Assembly: GCA_053919585.1 (NCBI GenBank)
Contig: CM132792.1
DNA length: 64,000 nt
Reading direction: 5' to 3' (one strand)
Source of the DNA: Euprymna scolopes
Taxonomy: Eukaryota
The translations under genes and the position numbers were made by a program. Shown in pieces: positions 25,214 to 39,589 of the stretch. The number at the start of each line of letters is the position of its first letter. Positions within the stretch are counted from its first letter, which is position 1. A model generated the notes under the pieces. The model ran no database searches. It was given only the letters and a program-made list of their open reading frames with translations, and had not been told where the DNA came from.

Positions 25214-26285
25214 TAATGCAACACTTCATAATCCTGGGTCTGACATAAAGATGGTGATATTAACAAATGAATCCATATGATTTTTATAAAGTACTACTGT
25301 TCAAATGGCACATGTCAAAATTTCAACCAATCAAATTATTAGTTTATAAACTACAAGTATTTAAGTGAAGCTATGGTTGCAATTTCATTTGTTGATAACT
25401 AAAGTTGCTTTTTGCTGCAAAACTAAATACTGTTCAAACAAAATATTATTTAGACTCTGCTCTATCGGAAACGGTTAAGATATACTGCTATTAAATACAG
25501 TCATATAAACATAAATGATGCTGAATGCTGAGATTGTCTAAATTCGACAGTAACTTGTTTTTGCTGATTGTAAATTGCAGTTGTATGAAATAGATTTTAT
25601 ATTAGAAGGTAATGCATTTATTTTGCCTGATTATTAATGAGAAGCGGTGTTCAAAGAGTGTTTGCGTACAAATCAAATAACATATTGATAATTCAAGATG
25701 TTCTATTGCATCAATAGAATGAAAAACATTTTTGCATTTCTATTTGACAATGGATGAAATGTGGATTCACTACTTCACTTTACAGTCAGATCGTCAATTG
25801 AGTGGACAGCACCAGGTGAAACCTGTCTAAAGTGACAAAAGTATTTTTATCAGTTGAAAAAAAAAAAAGAACCATCAATAACGAATATTATATAGTATTA
25901 TTGGTGTGAATGTAGAAATTGTCAAAAACAGCCACAAGAAGTGCTTTTTGACTGCATTATGCCAAAAGTTGCTTGTGACAATGACTAAACTACATAAATT
26001 GCATTTTAACTTTCTTTCACACCTATCTTATTATCCAGATCTGACTACTGGCTGTTTACAGACCTCAAAAGAATGCTTCAAGGAAAAAGATTTAATTCTA
26101 ATGAAGAAGTGATATCAGAAATGGAGGTATATATTGTGGCCAAAGACAAATCATTTTATGAAAACGGCATTTAATTGTTAAAATAGTGTTTGAATCCTTC
26201 TAGAGTGATAAACTATACTAATGAATAAATTCCAATTTTGCTTTGTTGCTTTATCAGATAGGCTCAGGATTTAAGTGATGTATTA
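25214..26285 (+). mobile_element. Decayed mariner transposon (irritans/Himar1-like)
   Basis: YLTMDEMWIHYFT..EWTAPGE (25741-25820), RTINNEYY, LHFNFLSHLSYYPDL (decayed HPPYSPDL). Degenerate TIRs at 25214-25250 and 26249-26285. Confidence 0.85.
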
Positions 26286-29200
26286 AATATATATGAGTAT
26301 GTGTGTTATCTGTAAATATGCTAAAACCTTTTCAGAAAACAATCTGGAAAATGAATATTGTTCTATTTGCCATCAAATGTGTCCTGCTGGATTTCCAAGG
26401 AGTTCCAATTCTTGCATTATTTATATCTGTTAATAGTCAATTTCCTTATTAATTTTGACGAAGTGTTTGTACCCATCACCCATTGAATTATAACCACTAT
26501 CATTATTTGTTCTACTTCGATTTCATTTCAACATTTATAATCTGTGAAATATTTAAGAAATTGTTTTTACATAATTAAAAGTAATAGATCCTTTATGGAT
26601 AATATAGAAGTAAAGAGTCCTATTATTTTGCTAATTTACATGCTAACCATACAGGTACATTATACAAATTAAAAGTCACTTAAATATTCAAACGTTACAG
26701 AGTAGTTGATTCTGTTATAGACTAAGAAGGCAAGAGAAAGAGATTGCTGAATGAGAAATGGGTGGCTTGTACAGTTAATTACAATCTACAGCTAAGTAAA
26801 AGAATTAGACCTTTAATACTAGGAATATTTTAGCATTTTGTGTGAGTAATGTGTAGTTTAAAAAAAACTTTAGGGAAACAAATGTTAATGAACTACATTT
26901 TATTATATTTTAAAATTCTGTAAAACAACTGCAACTAGTTAAATTTTTGAGGCATTTCTTTCTTGGGCTCTCACCAAAGAATGTCTTGAAAAATCAGTTA
27001 AATCTGAAACCAAGACAAATTCGAAATATTGTTATTAGTATAGAAGAGAAAAGAAAAAGAAAAATGTTTATTTCCTTTTCGGATTTAATGATTGTAAAAA
27101 CCTTGTTGAATGCCATTTTTATTTTTGACATTTTGAAGGATTGTAATTTGTCTGAAGTTGCAATAACATTTCAAATATTGTTTCTTTTTTACTGTTAGCA
27201 ATCATGACTTTATGGTGATTCTATTTCTCCCAAATAAAACAAACTTCCAAAATTATACCATCTTGAAATGTGAATTGCTTCTCTTTGTATTCCATTATAA
27301 ACTTAATGCAAAGTCATTCAGAAATCAGATTTGAAAATGAGTTTCATTTTGTTGAAAGTTAATATTTAATGATTTGTTATTATGATTGTTTATCACCATA
27401 GAAAAGAATGATTTTCAAAATGTTACTTTCATGAAAATATAAAAGCTTTATCATTGCAAATAAATTTTAGTCATCTATTTTCTTTCTTGTTCATTTATAT
27501 TTTGAAAAAGGAGTTGGCCTGTCAGTTTTCTTGTATACATATGGAATTGTCATAACTTGTTAAGATTTTCAAAGGAAATACAATGAAATTGTTTTGTTTT
27601 TTAATGGAAACTGGAATCTGTTTGATCATTGGTTAATCTCTTTAGGGATATTCTGTTTAATTCATGAAGAAATTATGAATAGAGTATTCATTGAAAACGA
27701 TTCTAAATATCAATATTCAATCTAATATTAATTTATACAGAATTTGTTTTCTTACTTGCAGACCCAATTTATTACTCCTTGTTCAAAGATAATGTGTAGC
27801 CAAAGTTCATTTTTTCTAACCTTTTTGTCTATGCAAATTAACATTGTTTCTCAAAGAAGAAATTAAAATAATATCTCACTTACATAATTTATTTCTTTTC
27901 TATTTCAATTTTTTTGTTACTCTATCAATATTTCTGAAAGCAATTTGTTATTTTCCACAAATTACTTGCTATATAGAACTTGTGTTGCAACGAACCCATT
28001 TTTTTGTTTTTCTGCATGTCTTTTATCATACAGTCAAGTTAAAAGGCTAAAGTGTACAATGGCAGCAGCCAAAAAGGAAAACAGTCAAAACCCTGTTTCA
28101 TCTCCATTGTAAAAAGGATTTTTTTTTTTTTTTTGTTAAACAGATCCAACCACAATTGCTTTCTCTTTGCATCTTTGTAAAGAGACATTCATAATGGCCA
28201 GGCTGAAATCAACAAATCTCTTTTGCCCAACCATTAAGGCTTGTATTGTTTACTATTCAAACTTAAGATGGTTGCTGCTCATTCCTTGCAGTTGAATACA
28301 AATGATCATTCCTTGCAGTTGGATATGAACGAAACGAAAAAAAATGAATGCAACAAATTGATTTAAAATAATGTATTTGTGAATAAATCTGTTTTCTTGT
28401 TTAGGATCAATCCAGATCAGATTAAGGCAGAGGAATTAGTCTCGTTTTTATACTGACTTTTTCAAAAAGAACAGTTTTTTTTATAGTGTTTTGGTTTTGG
28501 TTGTTTAATTTCTATAGACAGAATCAGTAATTGATAATGTAGGGAACTTATTTTAAATTTGATGTTTTTATTTTCCAACAAATGTCAATAAAGATGGACA
28601 GTATTTGTATTTTGATGTTGAGTTTGTCTTCAAGATTGAAAATTCTTTCATCACAATCTAATTTGAATAGTTCTTAAGAACACATCTTTGATTAAAATAG
28701 ATTCAACTGAATGCATTATTATATTTGTTTTCCTATGATGGTTTTAGTATACAAATTTAAAAAAAATGCTTGTATTTTGTTAGTTTTCAATTACTTGTAC
28801 AATTAGAAATTTATAACCTTTCTGTGTTAATGTGATGAAAATATGGAATTTGTATATTTTTTTTTGTCTGCAAGCCACAAACTATTATGATTATAAATAT
28901 GACATTTTCTAACAATGCGGCAAATAAATTTCATATTACTGTAAGATCGTATGTGGCTTACACCTGTCTGACCTGCCAACCTTATATCTAGTCATACGAG
29001 TCGACTGCTACTGTTGAAGTGAGCATTTTAAGTTGATTAGAAAGTCATTTAAATCTTATTTTTAACCCCGGAAAAATGTTTTTCGTGGACTACAGAAAAC
29101 AATATTTTTAAAAATCTTATACTGGTGTCAATATCTTTTAATAAATTTATTAATTAAAATTGAATATTTTTTCTAAAGAAATTTATAAATCATAAAAGTA

Positions 29201-30637
29201 AGTTTATCTTCACCCTTCTCTTATATTAAGAAAGAATTGAATTTGGAATAATGTATGTGTTGATGGCGTAATTGTCCATATAGCTTCATGATGTAAAATG
29301 ACTACCCCCATCGGAGTTGATATTTCCTGAAGAATTTGTTCCACCTTTTAAAGTTTTTATTTCATTAAAAATATATCTATCTGTCAAAATTATATCAATT
29401 TTATTGGGTACATATTTTGGAAAAAACTATTCTCTTCAATGTTTTTCAAAAGAGGACAATTTATGTAAGTTTAACTTAAAATGACCTCCCTTTTAGACAC
29501 TCTATACTTTTGAAAATTTCAATAATAAAAAGGTAGAAATCTGTTACTTCCATATTTTTTTTTTTTTTATTGAAGTTTTAAGTAATTTGTTACTGGACTT
29601 TGCAATAATTTTGTGAAATGGCAGAAGTTATACAATTTTTAATTACTTGTATATTTTTCTTTCATTGTTGTACACGTAAATTTGTTCTTTATCTTATATT
29701 TTGTTATGCTATTTTAGTTTTAAGTTTTAAATGATAAAATACATTTCTATGCATTGCTTGAACAACTTTCACTAACCACCTGCTTGCCTCTAATTTTATG
29801 CCATGCGTCTGTCAGACATCTTGAAATTTACAAAACCAAACCGTATTTCATCTATGCTTGATACTAATTATTCTCTCAACCACTTTTATATTTTTTGTAA
29901 ATGGATATTAAAAAAAATCTTACTATTAATTAAAGCCCCCCTCCTACCCCCAATATTGATAAAATGCCTGAAAAACTTTTTATACTACTGTTCTTCCAAA
30001 TTTTTAAGTAGTTGTAGTCATAGCTTTATCTGAGAAAACATCTCTGAGTGGACGGACTTGGTAATTCTTTATAAAGTCTGTATAATTTCATATTTCACTC
30101 AATAAAAGATTTGATAATTACATTTGTTTCTCTACAGATTTTGCTTCAGTTTTTTTTTTTTTTCCACAATTTTTTTGTGCATTAAAATAAATGATTAAAA
30201 ATCAGTAATACTTAAAATCTCTTAACATGAGTTTTAAATAATGAATGTTACTTAGCCATAACATTCACTCTGTGAAGGGTTTATTTATTAGTGGTTTGGA
30301 AGGCCACAAGAGAGACAACCAAGCAAAAAAACCCCCCCAAAAAACCCTTAAGCAAAATTCATCCCAAAACAGAAAAAATGAAGCTGGCCTACCAGGACAC
30401 TATATATACAGATGTAGGCAAATTTTTGCATATTTTATTGGTTTGAAAATATAGGTTATTTTTTACAAATTGTGATAAACTTTTAACCATATAATAGTAT
30501 TAAGTTTGCAAATTTTCACATAGTTTTGTTCCATAGAACCAAAGACAAGCATTTCAATATTAAATTTGGCTACTATTGTGTGTGTGTGTGTATATATATA
30601 TATATTTATATATATATATATATAATTATAAAACTCA

Positions 30638-31494
30638 AATGACCTTGTGATGTAACCCACTTTCTGGTTTACGACATCCGGTTGCATATGCGCGCATAAA
30701 CATTAACCCATAAAAACGTAAACAAATAAACACAAATCGCTTCGTTTGCAGATTTGGACCTGCGCACTGAAATATTAACGTTATTATTTCGAAATTATTA
30801 TTTAACATGGGAAGAGTGGGGGGTGTTTTGCAACTATTCTTTATTACAACTATACTGTCGCTATTTTCTTACAACTAAACAACTTTAACCCGTTGACAAA
30901 CATAAGAACAATTATAGTAAAGCCAAGACTACTACTACTACTACTACTCTCTATCTGCCCCTTTTCCTTCCTTTTTTATCTTTTGTTTACATTTCTAGAT
31001 ACAATATAGTTGTGTGAGAACGGTGAATTTGTTGACACATTTACTAATCTGTTTCGATATTAGTTTTATTTTATTTTATTTAGATTTTATTTTTTTGCTC
31101 CAGGTTTTATTTATTTATTTTTTTTTTTTTAGATTTTAAGTTTCTATAACTTGGTTGAAGGATTCCAATATGGGTTTTTCATTCTTATATTCTCATCGGT
31201 AGGTTCATGTGCGTTTTTGCTGCTAAATGACTTTCGTCGGCATTCGATTCGTAGGAAAATCATGTTTAATTCTTGATTTTTGAACGATTACTTGTAAAAA
31301 TAGATAACTTTACATGAATAGGGAGGATTTTTTTTCTTGTTTGAATGATCTGTCCATGATTTTTCGTTTTAATATACTTTCAAAGAAATGTTTCTGTTAT
31401 GTCAAAAACTATTTTCTTTACGTCACAAGTGTCACTTGTACATGAATTCCATAGCTAATATAACATACTGACCCAACGGGTCACAGGAGGTCTA
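30638..31494. mobile_element. Possible non-autonomous DNA element between two (TA)n tracts
   Basis: CpG-richer block. Right end GGGTCACAGGAGGTCTA and left end GACCTTGTGA form weak inverted termini. Confidence 0.35.
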
Positions 31495-31542
<48 letters not shown>

Positions 31543-31815
31543 CTGTAGAAATATATTTTATTATATATCAATCCTTATATAAAAAGCTCAATGTAATTAC
31601 AGAGCAATATATATAATAAATGACAAAAAGTTATATTCCAAAATTCATGATGTTGACCATAAGTGTTTTGTCCGAATGAAATGAAACTTTGGTCATAACT
31701 AAGTTTATTATATTCAAAACACCACACCAAAACACCAGGGTCTTTGGCCTTTTTTAGTCCGTTCTACAGAATATGTTCTAGATATACTTTCTATGTGTTT
31801 TTTTGGGTCACCCTG

Positions 31816-31889
<74 letters not shown>
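31495..31889. repeat. (TA)n/(TG)n microsatellites flanking a Tc1/mariner-type terminus
   Basis: TA tracts at about 31499-31540 and 31816-31889; TTTTGGGTCACCCTG|TA at 31801-31817. Confidence 0.6.
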
Positions 31890-31891
<2 letters not shown>

Positions 31892-32529
31892 CAATCATTT
31901 GAAACCATAGCAGCAAGGTTTAGTCTCCCTATCATCAAAACCAGAGTTTCTGGGGAAATATATATAACATTATTAGTTAGATATGTGCATACATGTTTCT
32001 GCTAATCTAGGAAACTACATTTGTAATTCAAACTCTTTTTTTTTTATGCTTTTTTTTTCTTTTGGAAAAAGATTTGATTCATGAAATATCAAAGACATTT
32101 ACTATCCCATTTATATTAGTAAATAAGTTGATATTTTCTGATTTACATATGAGATTGATTTCCAAAAATATACAAAGATTTATACAATCAATAATTAATA
32201 ATTCGTTTGTTTTTGTTCATGTGTTACATCACTTCAATACCCCAACATTCTTATAAACTTACATATTTGCTTACCAGCAAACTACTTTCCTTTATTTATT
32301 GCTAGTAATATATAAGAGTATTAAAGTAGATAAATTAAGTGCAAATCATATAATACATTATTTCTTAATCAAAAGTTAAAAATAAATAAAAAAAACATTT
32401 GAAATAACAAAAAAGCTTGAGGAGAAATATGATGTAGGTAATAAGTTTCTGTTACAGACACAAAAGTCCCAATATAATAATATTTTGACAATTTTCATCT
32501 TTGCCAGCATAATGTTTTTGTATTTAAGG

Positions 32530-32707
32530 TGCTGTGAGTATCTCAGATTTCAGGGTGGGCAGCACTAAGCAATGTCTCACCCCTGCTCTTCATGTGGTCC
32601 AATCCAAACGGTTGATACAAGTCATGTTGCAAGCAGTCAAGTCATTTTGTATGCACTGAAGTCAGGTTTTCCTTGGTCTTTCATGCACCCTAGTGCCTGG
32701 CAATCAT

Positions 32708-32709
<2 letters not shown>
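32530..32709 (-). mobile_element. RTE LINE 3' remnant next to a 46-nt A tract
   Basis: Minus frame GTRVHERPRKT*LQCIQNDL resembles the GRPRKTW..DL C-terminus of RTE ORFs; poly(A) at 32710-32755. Confidence 0.6.
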
Positions 32710-32758
<49 letters not shown>

Positions 32759-33194
32759 ACTTATTTCTATTATTATCTTAAAAAGGCCTTATTTTTATCA
32801 TTACTTTGAAAAGTCCTTAAAAATATAGAAAATGTTTTCAAAAAGCTTTGAAAATCGTGTCCTTTATGTCCAGTAAAACTATGTCAGAATATCTACACTA
32901 CTATAAATCTGTTTTTTTTTTCTGTATTGATATATTAAAAACCCTTTTTTCTATTTATTTAAAAAGAAAATACAATATTGTTATACATAGGTTGTTGAAT
33001 TGCATTCATCTGCAAAAGATCTAGCTAATTTTCATATTCCTTTAAACTTTCATTTTAATTCCCTGTTTTTTTTTTTTTTTTTCGGTTTTCTTATGGGATG
33101 ATCATCTATTACATTTAATTATATTCATGCAGATATTCTAAATGATTTATACTTGTGTAATATTTGCTTAAAAAGGTTATAGTAAACACAAACC

Positions 33195-33700
33195 TCTTTC
33201 TATATATATTTATTTGTATTTGTTAAAAAAATTTCGCCTACCAAACTCCTCTGTCAGTTTTTGGTCTACAGACATGGAACTAAATATATAAGGTATTTGA
33301 ACCCATGCGAAACTTTAGAGTTGGGTTTTAGCTGGGGGAAAAAATGATGTGAAAATTAAAAAAATGGAATTTGCCAGGTAACGGTTGAACGACAGCATTA
33401 CGAATATGCATGCATAACGTAATAGCTATTGGTTCATGTTTAAATTTTTACCCTTGCAGCAAACATGTCTTCATATCTCAGGCATTAATGGCTAAGGAAA
33501 AAATGTCATAGGCTAAACATTTTGGTTTCGATTCTCTGTGGTGGTGCACAAGTCATTTTTTTTTTTTTTTTTAAATTTTTTAAATCATTACTAGATATTG
33601 GGTTCAATCTAATATAAATAATAAATATGAAATCTATATTAATCAAAATATTATACTTAAGCATATTTTACAACCGGGCAATGCCAGGCGGTCTGAAATA
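33195..33700 (+). mobile_element. Decayed non-autonomous Helitron
   Basis: TCTATATATA start; hairpin remnant CCGGGCAATGCCAGG at 33674-33688; the terminal CTAG is lost. Confidence 0.5.
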
Positions 33701-34429
33701 AATGCTATTAAATTATTTTTTAAGTATTAATAAAAATATAATTAAAATATTTTTCAAAAATTAAAAATAAAACCGAAATACATTCTTCTGAAATTGCATT
33801 GTATTATTGTGGATAGAAGAGTTACGCTCGTTTATCAGGGATGTACCTAATGTTTTCCAGTTAATAACATCGGGTAGTTTCGAGATAAAGGGATGTAACT
33901 CTTGTTTCCACAATGCCAGAAATTCAGAATTTAAAAGTAAAACAAACACAGCGTATTCCAATCTACAATGGAGAAAATAACGTTTAATTGCACTAGGTTG
34001 GCGAAATATAAGTGGGTCAGGAAATGTAAATATGATCGTCCACAGTCATATTGTTGTGTGTAAAAAGGTATTTGATTAGAGCAAAATGAGTAAGAGTGCC
34101 TTGAAATCGCACATGGATGTGCAAAACGAACAAAAGCGATAAATAGTTGACCAGTTTTTGTTGCATTAGCGACTTTCATGTAAGTGTTTGTGTGACCTTT
34201 AAAACTACTTCAGAGATAAATGAAATTGACTTTTACTGTTGTGAATTAAGTCTTTAGTTTATTATATAATTTTTTATATATCAAATTTTGTTGTGAAAAC
34301 TTAAATTTTGCCTGAAGAAGGCCTTGAAAAACTTTAAAAATTTCTTGAAAATGGACATTGAAAATATGTATGAACCACTTAAGATGTTGAGTGCATAGGG
34401 CATCCAAAATCCCCTTAATACCTGATAGG

Positions 34430-35450
34430 GTACAGTTGCAAGTTATTTTCCCTCTGGTTTGCTGCCACATATCAACCTGACAAAGTCATGGTCATGACTC
34501 TGAAGCCATTACAAATCAGAAGCATTTGAGGCCCATATTTCACTGGCATGTAAGATGGTGGAACAAACACAAGCTGAAAGGTCTTTGCTTAGATTCCTGA
34601 AAGAAATGTGCTTATATGTGAGGATTGGCAACAACTTCCTGAATCTTTCTCAAGCAACGCAGCAGCAAGCAGTGATAGCATGTTCACCATCACCTAGCAT
34701 TTAACAGGCCATGGATGGTAGTTTCAACGTCAAGTGCCACCATTCAACCATTGGGCAGACAACATTGAGACATCTGCAACAAATATAAGCATGACCGTTA
34801 CACTTCTTGTGGATCCATAGTTTGCACTGATAGCATTCAATGGAATTTACACTTATGCTTCTGCAATAGATGGTGCAGGGAAACTGCAGGAGGTTGCGAT
34901 CAACATTGGAGATAAGAAATTCTCTTCATGTTGACTCTCAGTCCTTTGCTCTCTATGCCTGTCTTCCATTTGAGTAACCAGGAGTCAAACTCCTTCAGAG
35001 AATCCGCAATAATAATAAGTTTATCTGCATACAGGCTCTCTCACACCTTTAAGATGATGGTGAAAAGAAGTGGGTTAAGTACAGAGAATTGATGGATCCC
35101 AATGGCCCCTCCACATTGACATAAAGATGACTACAACCATTTGCATACAAGCTCTCGACAACATAAGCCATTCCTCCATACAAAGGCTTTTCATTGCCCA
35201 CCAGATCGCTTTGAAATCTGGTTAAATGCTTTCTCGAGATCAACAAATGCAAAAGAGAGAGGTGTCCTAGATGCGATGTACTTTTCCTACAGTTTGCGTT
35301 TTACCTCGCATAAAATCAAACCTGCATCTTGTTGATGCTCACCATCCAACATGCATGAGTATTAAAGATGTTCTCAAGTTTCATTGCCTTGCCAGTAAGC
35401 TTAAGACCATGATAGTTGCTGTGATCAAGGGCCTCACCATTGCAGAAGTT
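34430..35450 (-). mobile_element. Decayed RTE LINE with RT and Cys-rich finger
   Basis: AFVDLEKAFN, WWAMKSLCMEEWL, LYADKL, KGLRVNMK and VNSIECYQCKLWIHKKC occur in broken frames. Confidence 0.8.
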
Positions 35451-36827
35451 AAATGATTTTCTTAGCAACAATTTTATTGATTTATTTGCATCCAAATCAT
35501 TTATATTCCAATTAATGAAGTTTTTCCTTGGCTTTAAGATTTCTTTATTTCCAAAAATTAAACCATAGATTAAAAATAAAATATAGAGAATTTTTTTCCA
35601 TTTCATTTCTTTTGATCTTGGCGTTCCTCGTGGATATGAGTTTCACAAATCTGTCAAAATATCTTGAACTAAAAATTTCTCCAAAATTTTGTTTGCTCTG
35701 CCATTTTTTGTTTTGCTTTATCAACTAGGTAGAAATCCCCCAAAATTTAAAAAGATTTCATTTTTATGCATTAAATTGTATTTTTTACAGTTGTGCAATT
35801 TTTCTTTTTATACTATTTTCAACCTTAATCTAATATTGTCTCTGTTATCATCAATAATATTTGTAAATTCTTTATATACACAAATGGAGAACTGTTGTGT
35901 CTATTGAATGTTTTGAACAACATAATGCATCGATTAAAAAAAAAAAAAAATCCTAGTTTTTCTTAGTACCATTCTCTGTGCCCAACGTGAAAATGTTTTT
36001 GAATTGTCAATATTTTTTATTGCTGAGAAAGATGTAAATGGCATCAGTTGAGAGAATTGTTCTTAGAATTAAAGAATTATTTTGCCATAAATGCTCAAAG
36101 TTTCTTCTGACAATTTTGCTTTTAGAATTTTGGTTTTATTCATTTTTCTTTCCAATTAATAATTAATATGATCTCTTGAGTGAAAGTAGTGTAACTTATT
36201 CAAAGACTTGTTTTACAACTGCAATTCAATTAGACTGAAGCAATAATTATTCACTGCAGAAAAAATTGCTACTTATGATGAATTGAGGAAAGGCAGAAAT
36301 TTATTACACAATTGTGTAGGGGGGATGGGTTAATGAAAACTCCTTCAATATAAATTTGATTGTATTTTCCGTTTTTCTTTTAATGCAGATTGATTTTTCG
36401 GAAAGAGTTGAAGTATTAGAAAAGTATACCTGTCGAATAGTGTGCTATACATGCATTGCCTGCTATGTGCAGGGTTGGAATGTTAGCAGTCAGCTTTTTA
36501 AATCTTCAAAGAATCAAGAGACTGAATATTGGAACGCTTTAAAATGGTCTAAGTTTGTACTTTTTTGAATTATCAGAGTTTTGACTTTATATCTTCCAAC
36601 TCTACAAACATGGTTATGTGAATATTAGTGGTTCTTAATGGTATCATCCTTATCTTCTTTATATTGAACACAAAAATTCAAAACATCTCTTATGTTGTTT
36701 AATGAGATAATTGACATTACTTCTTTAATGGTAATCAACTATAAAAGTGAAAATGATTAAAAAGAACCTCCATCCCATTCTGCTTCATCTTTATCGTTTC
36801 TAAAGCAAGCACAAGAGAATTGGAATG

Positions 36828-36830
<3 letters not shown>

Positions 36831-36862
<32 letters not shown>
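36831..36862. repeat. (GT)16 microsatellite
   Basis: Read directly. Confidence 0.95.
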
Positions 36863-36865
<3 letters not shown>

Positions 36866-37969
36866 TTTTCTTTTCCTTCTGCTTGAAAGTACAGTCTTTT
36901 ATGTTGAAGTTTTTAAACGTGACAACTCTAAATCTAAACATATTGTATCTGAAATGAGAAATGGCCATCTTAATATTTGGACTTTTTTTTTCACTTGTTT
37001 TGTCTTTTATTAATTTCTCATCTGACATCTTGGAAATTTGATAATCTTTAATTTTGTCTCCTCTTCATTAAAAAGCTATTTGTGGTAAATGTAAATTTGA
37101 AAATCCTGAAGACAAAGTGAGTCTGATGTTGCAAACAATGGACCATGAGCGAAATCGGCCAGTTGAAAGATATGTTCTTTTGGTGCTTTCTCGCTCTTTC
37201 AGAACCATGTTGGAATGAATCAAATTAATTCTGAAGAATTTCTGGATAAATTGCCATGACTTGTACACTGATTTTTGCCGTGGTGGATAGAAATGATCAA
37301 ACATTGTGTAAAGGCGAGCACAGTTAGCCTAATGGTTACAAACACTGACTACGAAATGAAATGATTCAGATTGAACTGTATCTATAATGTTGACATGCAT
37401 TATCCTGGGTGTGGGGAGCATTATTTGCATAATGGATGTCATTGTGATCTCTACGATTTGATAGTCCAAGTTTTATCAGATCTATTTGATCCAATTAGCC
37501 ATCAATAAAAATGGTGACCTGTATTTATAACTAACCCTATCCAATTGTTGACAATAGTTATTGTGTCGTCGTATTTAAAATGACCTAAGAGAGTTTGATA
37601 TGCAGTAAAACACACACCGTCAACTTTGGTTAAACAACCATTTGTTTGAAACATCACTCATAGAATGTGAGGACTAAATGGCAAAATGGGAGTAAGAGAG
37701 TTGTGAGGTTGCTGAAAGTAACCACATTATACATTTCATAAAAGTGATATACTGTAAACTAACCAAGCAAATCAAACAAATTGCATAAGTTTTATAGCAA
37801 TTCTACACTGATAGGCTGTCAACTGACTTATACATTTCAATCTATTTATGTTTATTGGTAAGATTTTGTGGAAATATTTTGCTGCACTACATGGAAAAGT
37901 TGTATTGATGCAATTCTTGACATGTATAAGAGCCAAATATGTCCTACTATAAAGTTATGTTGACACATT

Positions 37970-38685
37970 TAGGGGAGGTGCTGCTCAACACATAGGGTCG
38001 AAAACCAACTTTGTAATCTAGTGGGTGATATCTTCTCTTCCCCCCTACTACCTCTTTCTCACAAAGAAGACATTTGTTTTTGTATAATGTATCGTTATTT
38101 TCATGTTGGGTTCTTGGCTGAGCTTTAATCTATGATCTCCACTTGTATAACATTCACAATAAAAACTTGTTTATTCATTTTTTGAGGATTCTTATCCTCA
38201 TCTTCATAATTGCTGTTTTACCACGTTTTGGCCAATTAATCCTCTGGTTTTCAGGTGATTAACTCTATCCCTCTCGACTGCAAGGTATGAATATACAATT
38301 TATGAATCCTCATCTCAAAAGATTTCAAAAAATAAAATTATAAAAACTTGTCTAACCACAACCACTGTCACTAATTTTCTTTTCCCTCTCTTTGTGCCTA
38401 AAACTAAACAAGACTTCTGTCAGCAAAGTTTCTTTAGTAGAACTACCAGTCTGTGGAATAATACTGTGAAGCTGCTTCCCAGTTGACTACAACATTGTAG
38501 TTTTCAGGTTCAATGTGAAAAAACTTTTGTTGATCCATCCTTTTAAATAATCTGATTCTGCTAAATTTCCATCATCTTTGTGAATTATCAGTGAGTTGTT
38601 GTCTCATGACCACCTGATAATCATTTCCCCTTATCCTTGAGTAGCCTTTGGGCCTTGATAAATAGTAACGCGTAGAAAAAAAAGT
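37970..38685 (+). mobile_element. Old CR1-group LINE 3' end interrupted by a Penelope-end insertion
   Basis: Colinear with 8520-8950 on both sides of 38171-38339. Confidence 0.7.
38171..38339. mobile_element. Penelope-end insertion with internal inversion and 12 bp TSD
   Basis: ATAAAAACTTGT at 38159-38170 and 38340-38351. The insert is similar to 5910-6050 in two opposite orientations. Confidence 0.75.
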
Positions 38686-39589
38686 TTATTTACTCTCGTA
38701 CCTGTCATGTCAAAATAAAAGTATGTTTCTCATCCAGCAACCTGTTTTTACTATTGTATAATGTTGCATTGTACAAGTTGCATGATTTTAATGGTTTTGA
38801 TATGTTATTTTAAACACTTCAGTGGCAGAAATGTAAAGTTAAACAGGAAAGATTGAGAGTAAAAAGAGCAGATGATGAATGAGAGGAAAGATTTAAATAA
38901 GTTTCGTCTTTTTTACAAGAACGCATCAAATTTGATTTGAATCGGGCAGATTGAAATTTATTGCCCCCAGCAAATTTAAATTGAAACTAGAAAGAATAAA
39001 TCTAGTGTTGACAGAATGAGATTCAATTTGAACTTAACATATGTCTTTTTTTTTTCGCAAGAGTAACAAAAGAATCTGCGTCTCTATTTAAATCTTCATC
39101 ATTATAGAACTCTGACTCATCTTACAGCATTAGTTTATTCAGCTTCAATTTGGAAATACATTAACGCTTGTTATCTGATGGCTTTTCTTTTTTCATTTCT
39201 AAATCATAATTAACATACGCGTGTTTTTTAGTGGTACATTTTTATACGACCTATATCTTGTGTATATAGATCATAATAGTTAAACGAAAATATGTTTGAA
39301 ATAAAATATATTCTTTAATATCTATTTAAATTTGACAACTATTTCAGCAACTATAGCAGAATAAAGTGAAGCTAAACAAAAAAAAAAAAAAATCACGGAC
39401 TTTTCAAATGATATTAAACGGTGTTTACCCAAGGAAAAAATCAAGTGAAAATATATTCGCAGATACATTTCATGTTTATTATTTAGAAACAATCTTTTTT
39501 ATCTTATGATATATCATTTAGGTAATTATGAGCTTATTTGTCCATTTTAAAGCCATGCATTCTTAGAAGTAGATAAGTAACCTAATCGC

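Noticed and set aside
28279-28330. 27 bp direct duplication
   Set aside because: Ordinary two-copy slippage with no further structure.
37076-37116. Micro-exon candidate ICGKCKFENPEDK with GTGAGT donor
   Set aside because: Weak AAG acceptor, only 41 bp and no supporting neighbours.
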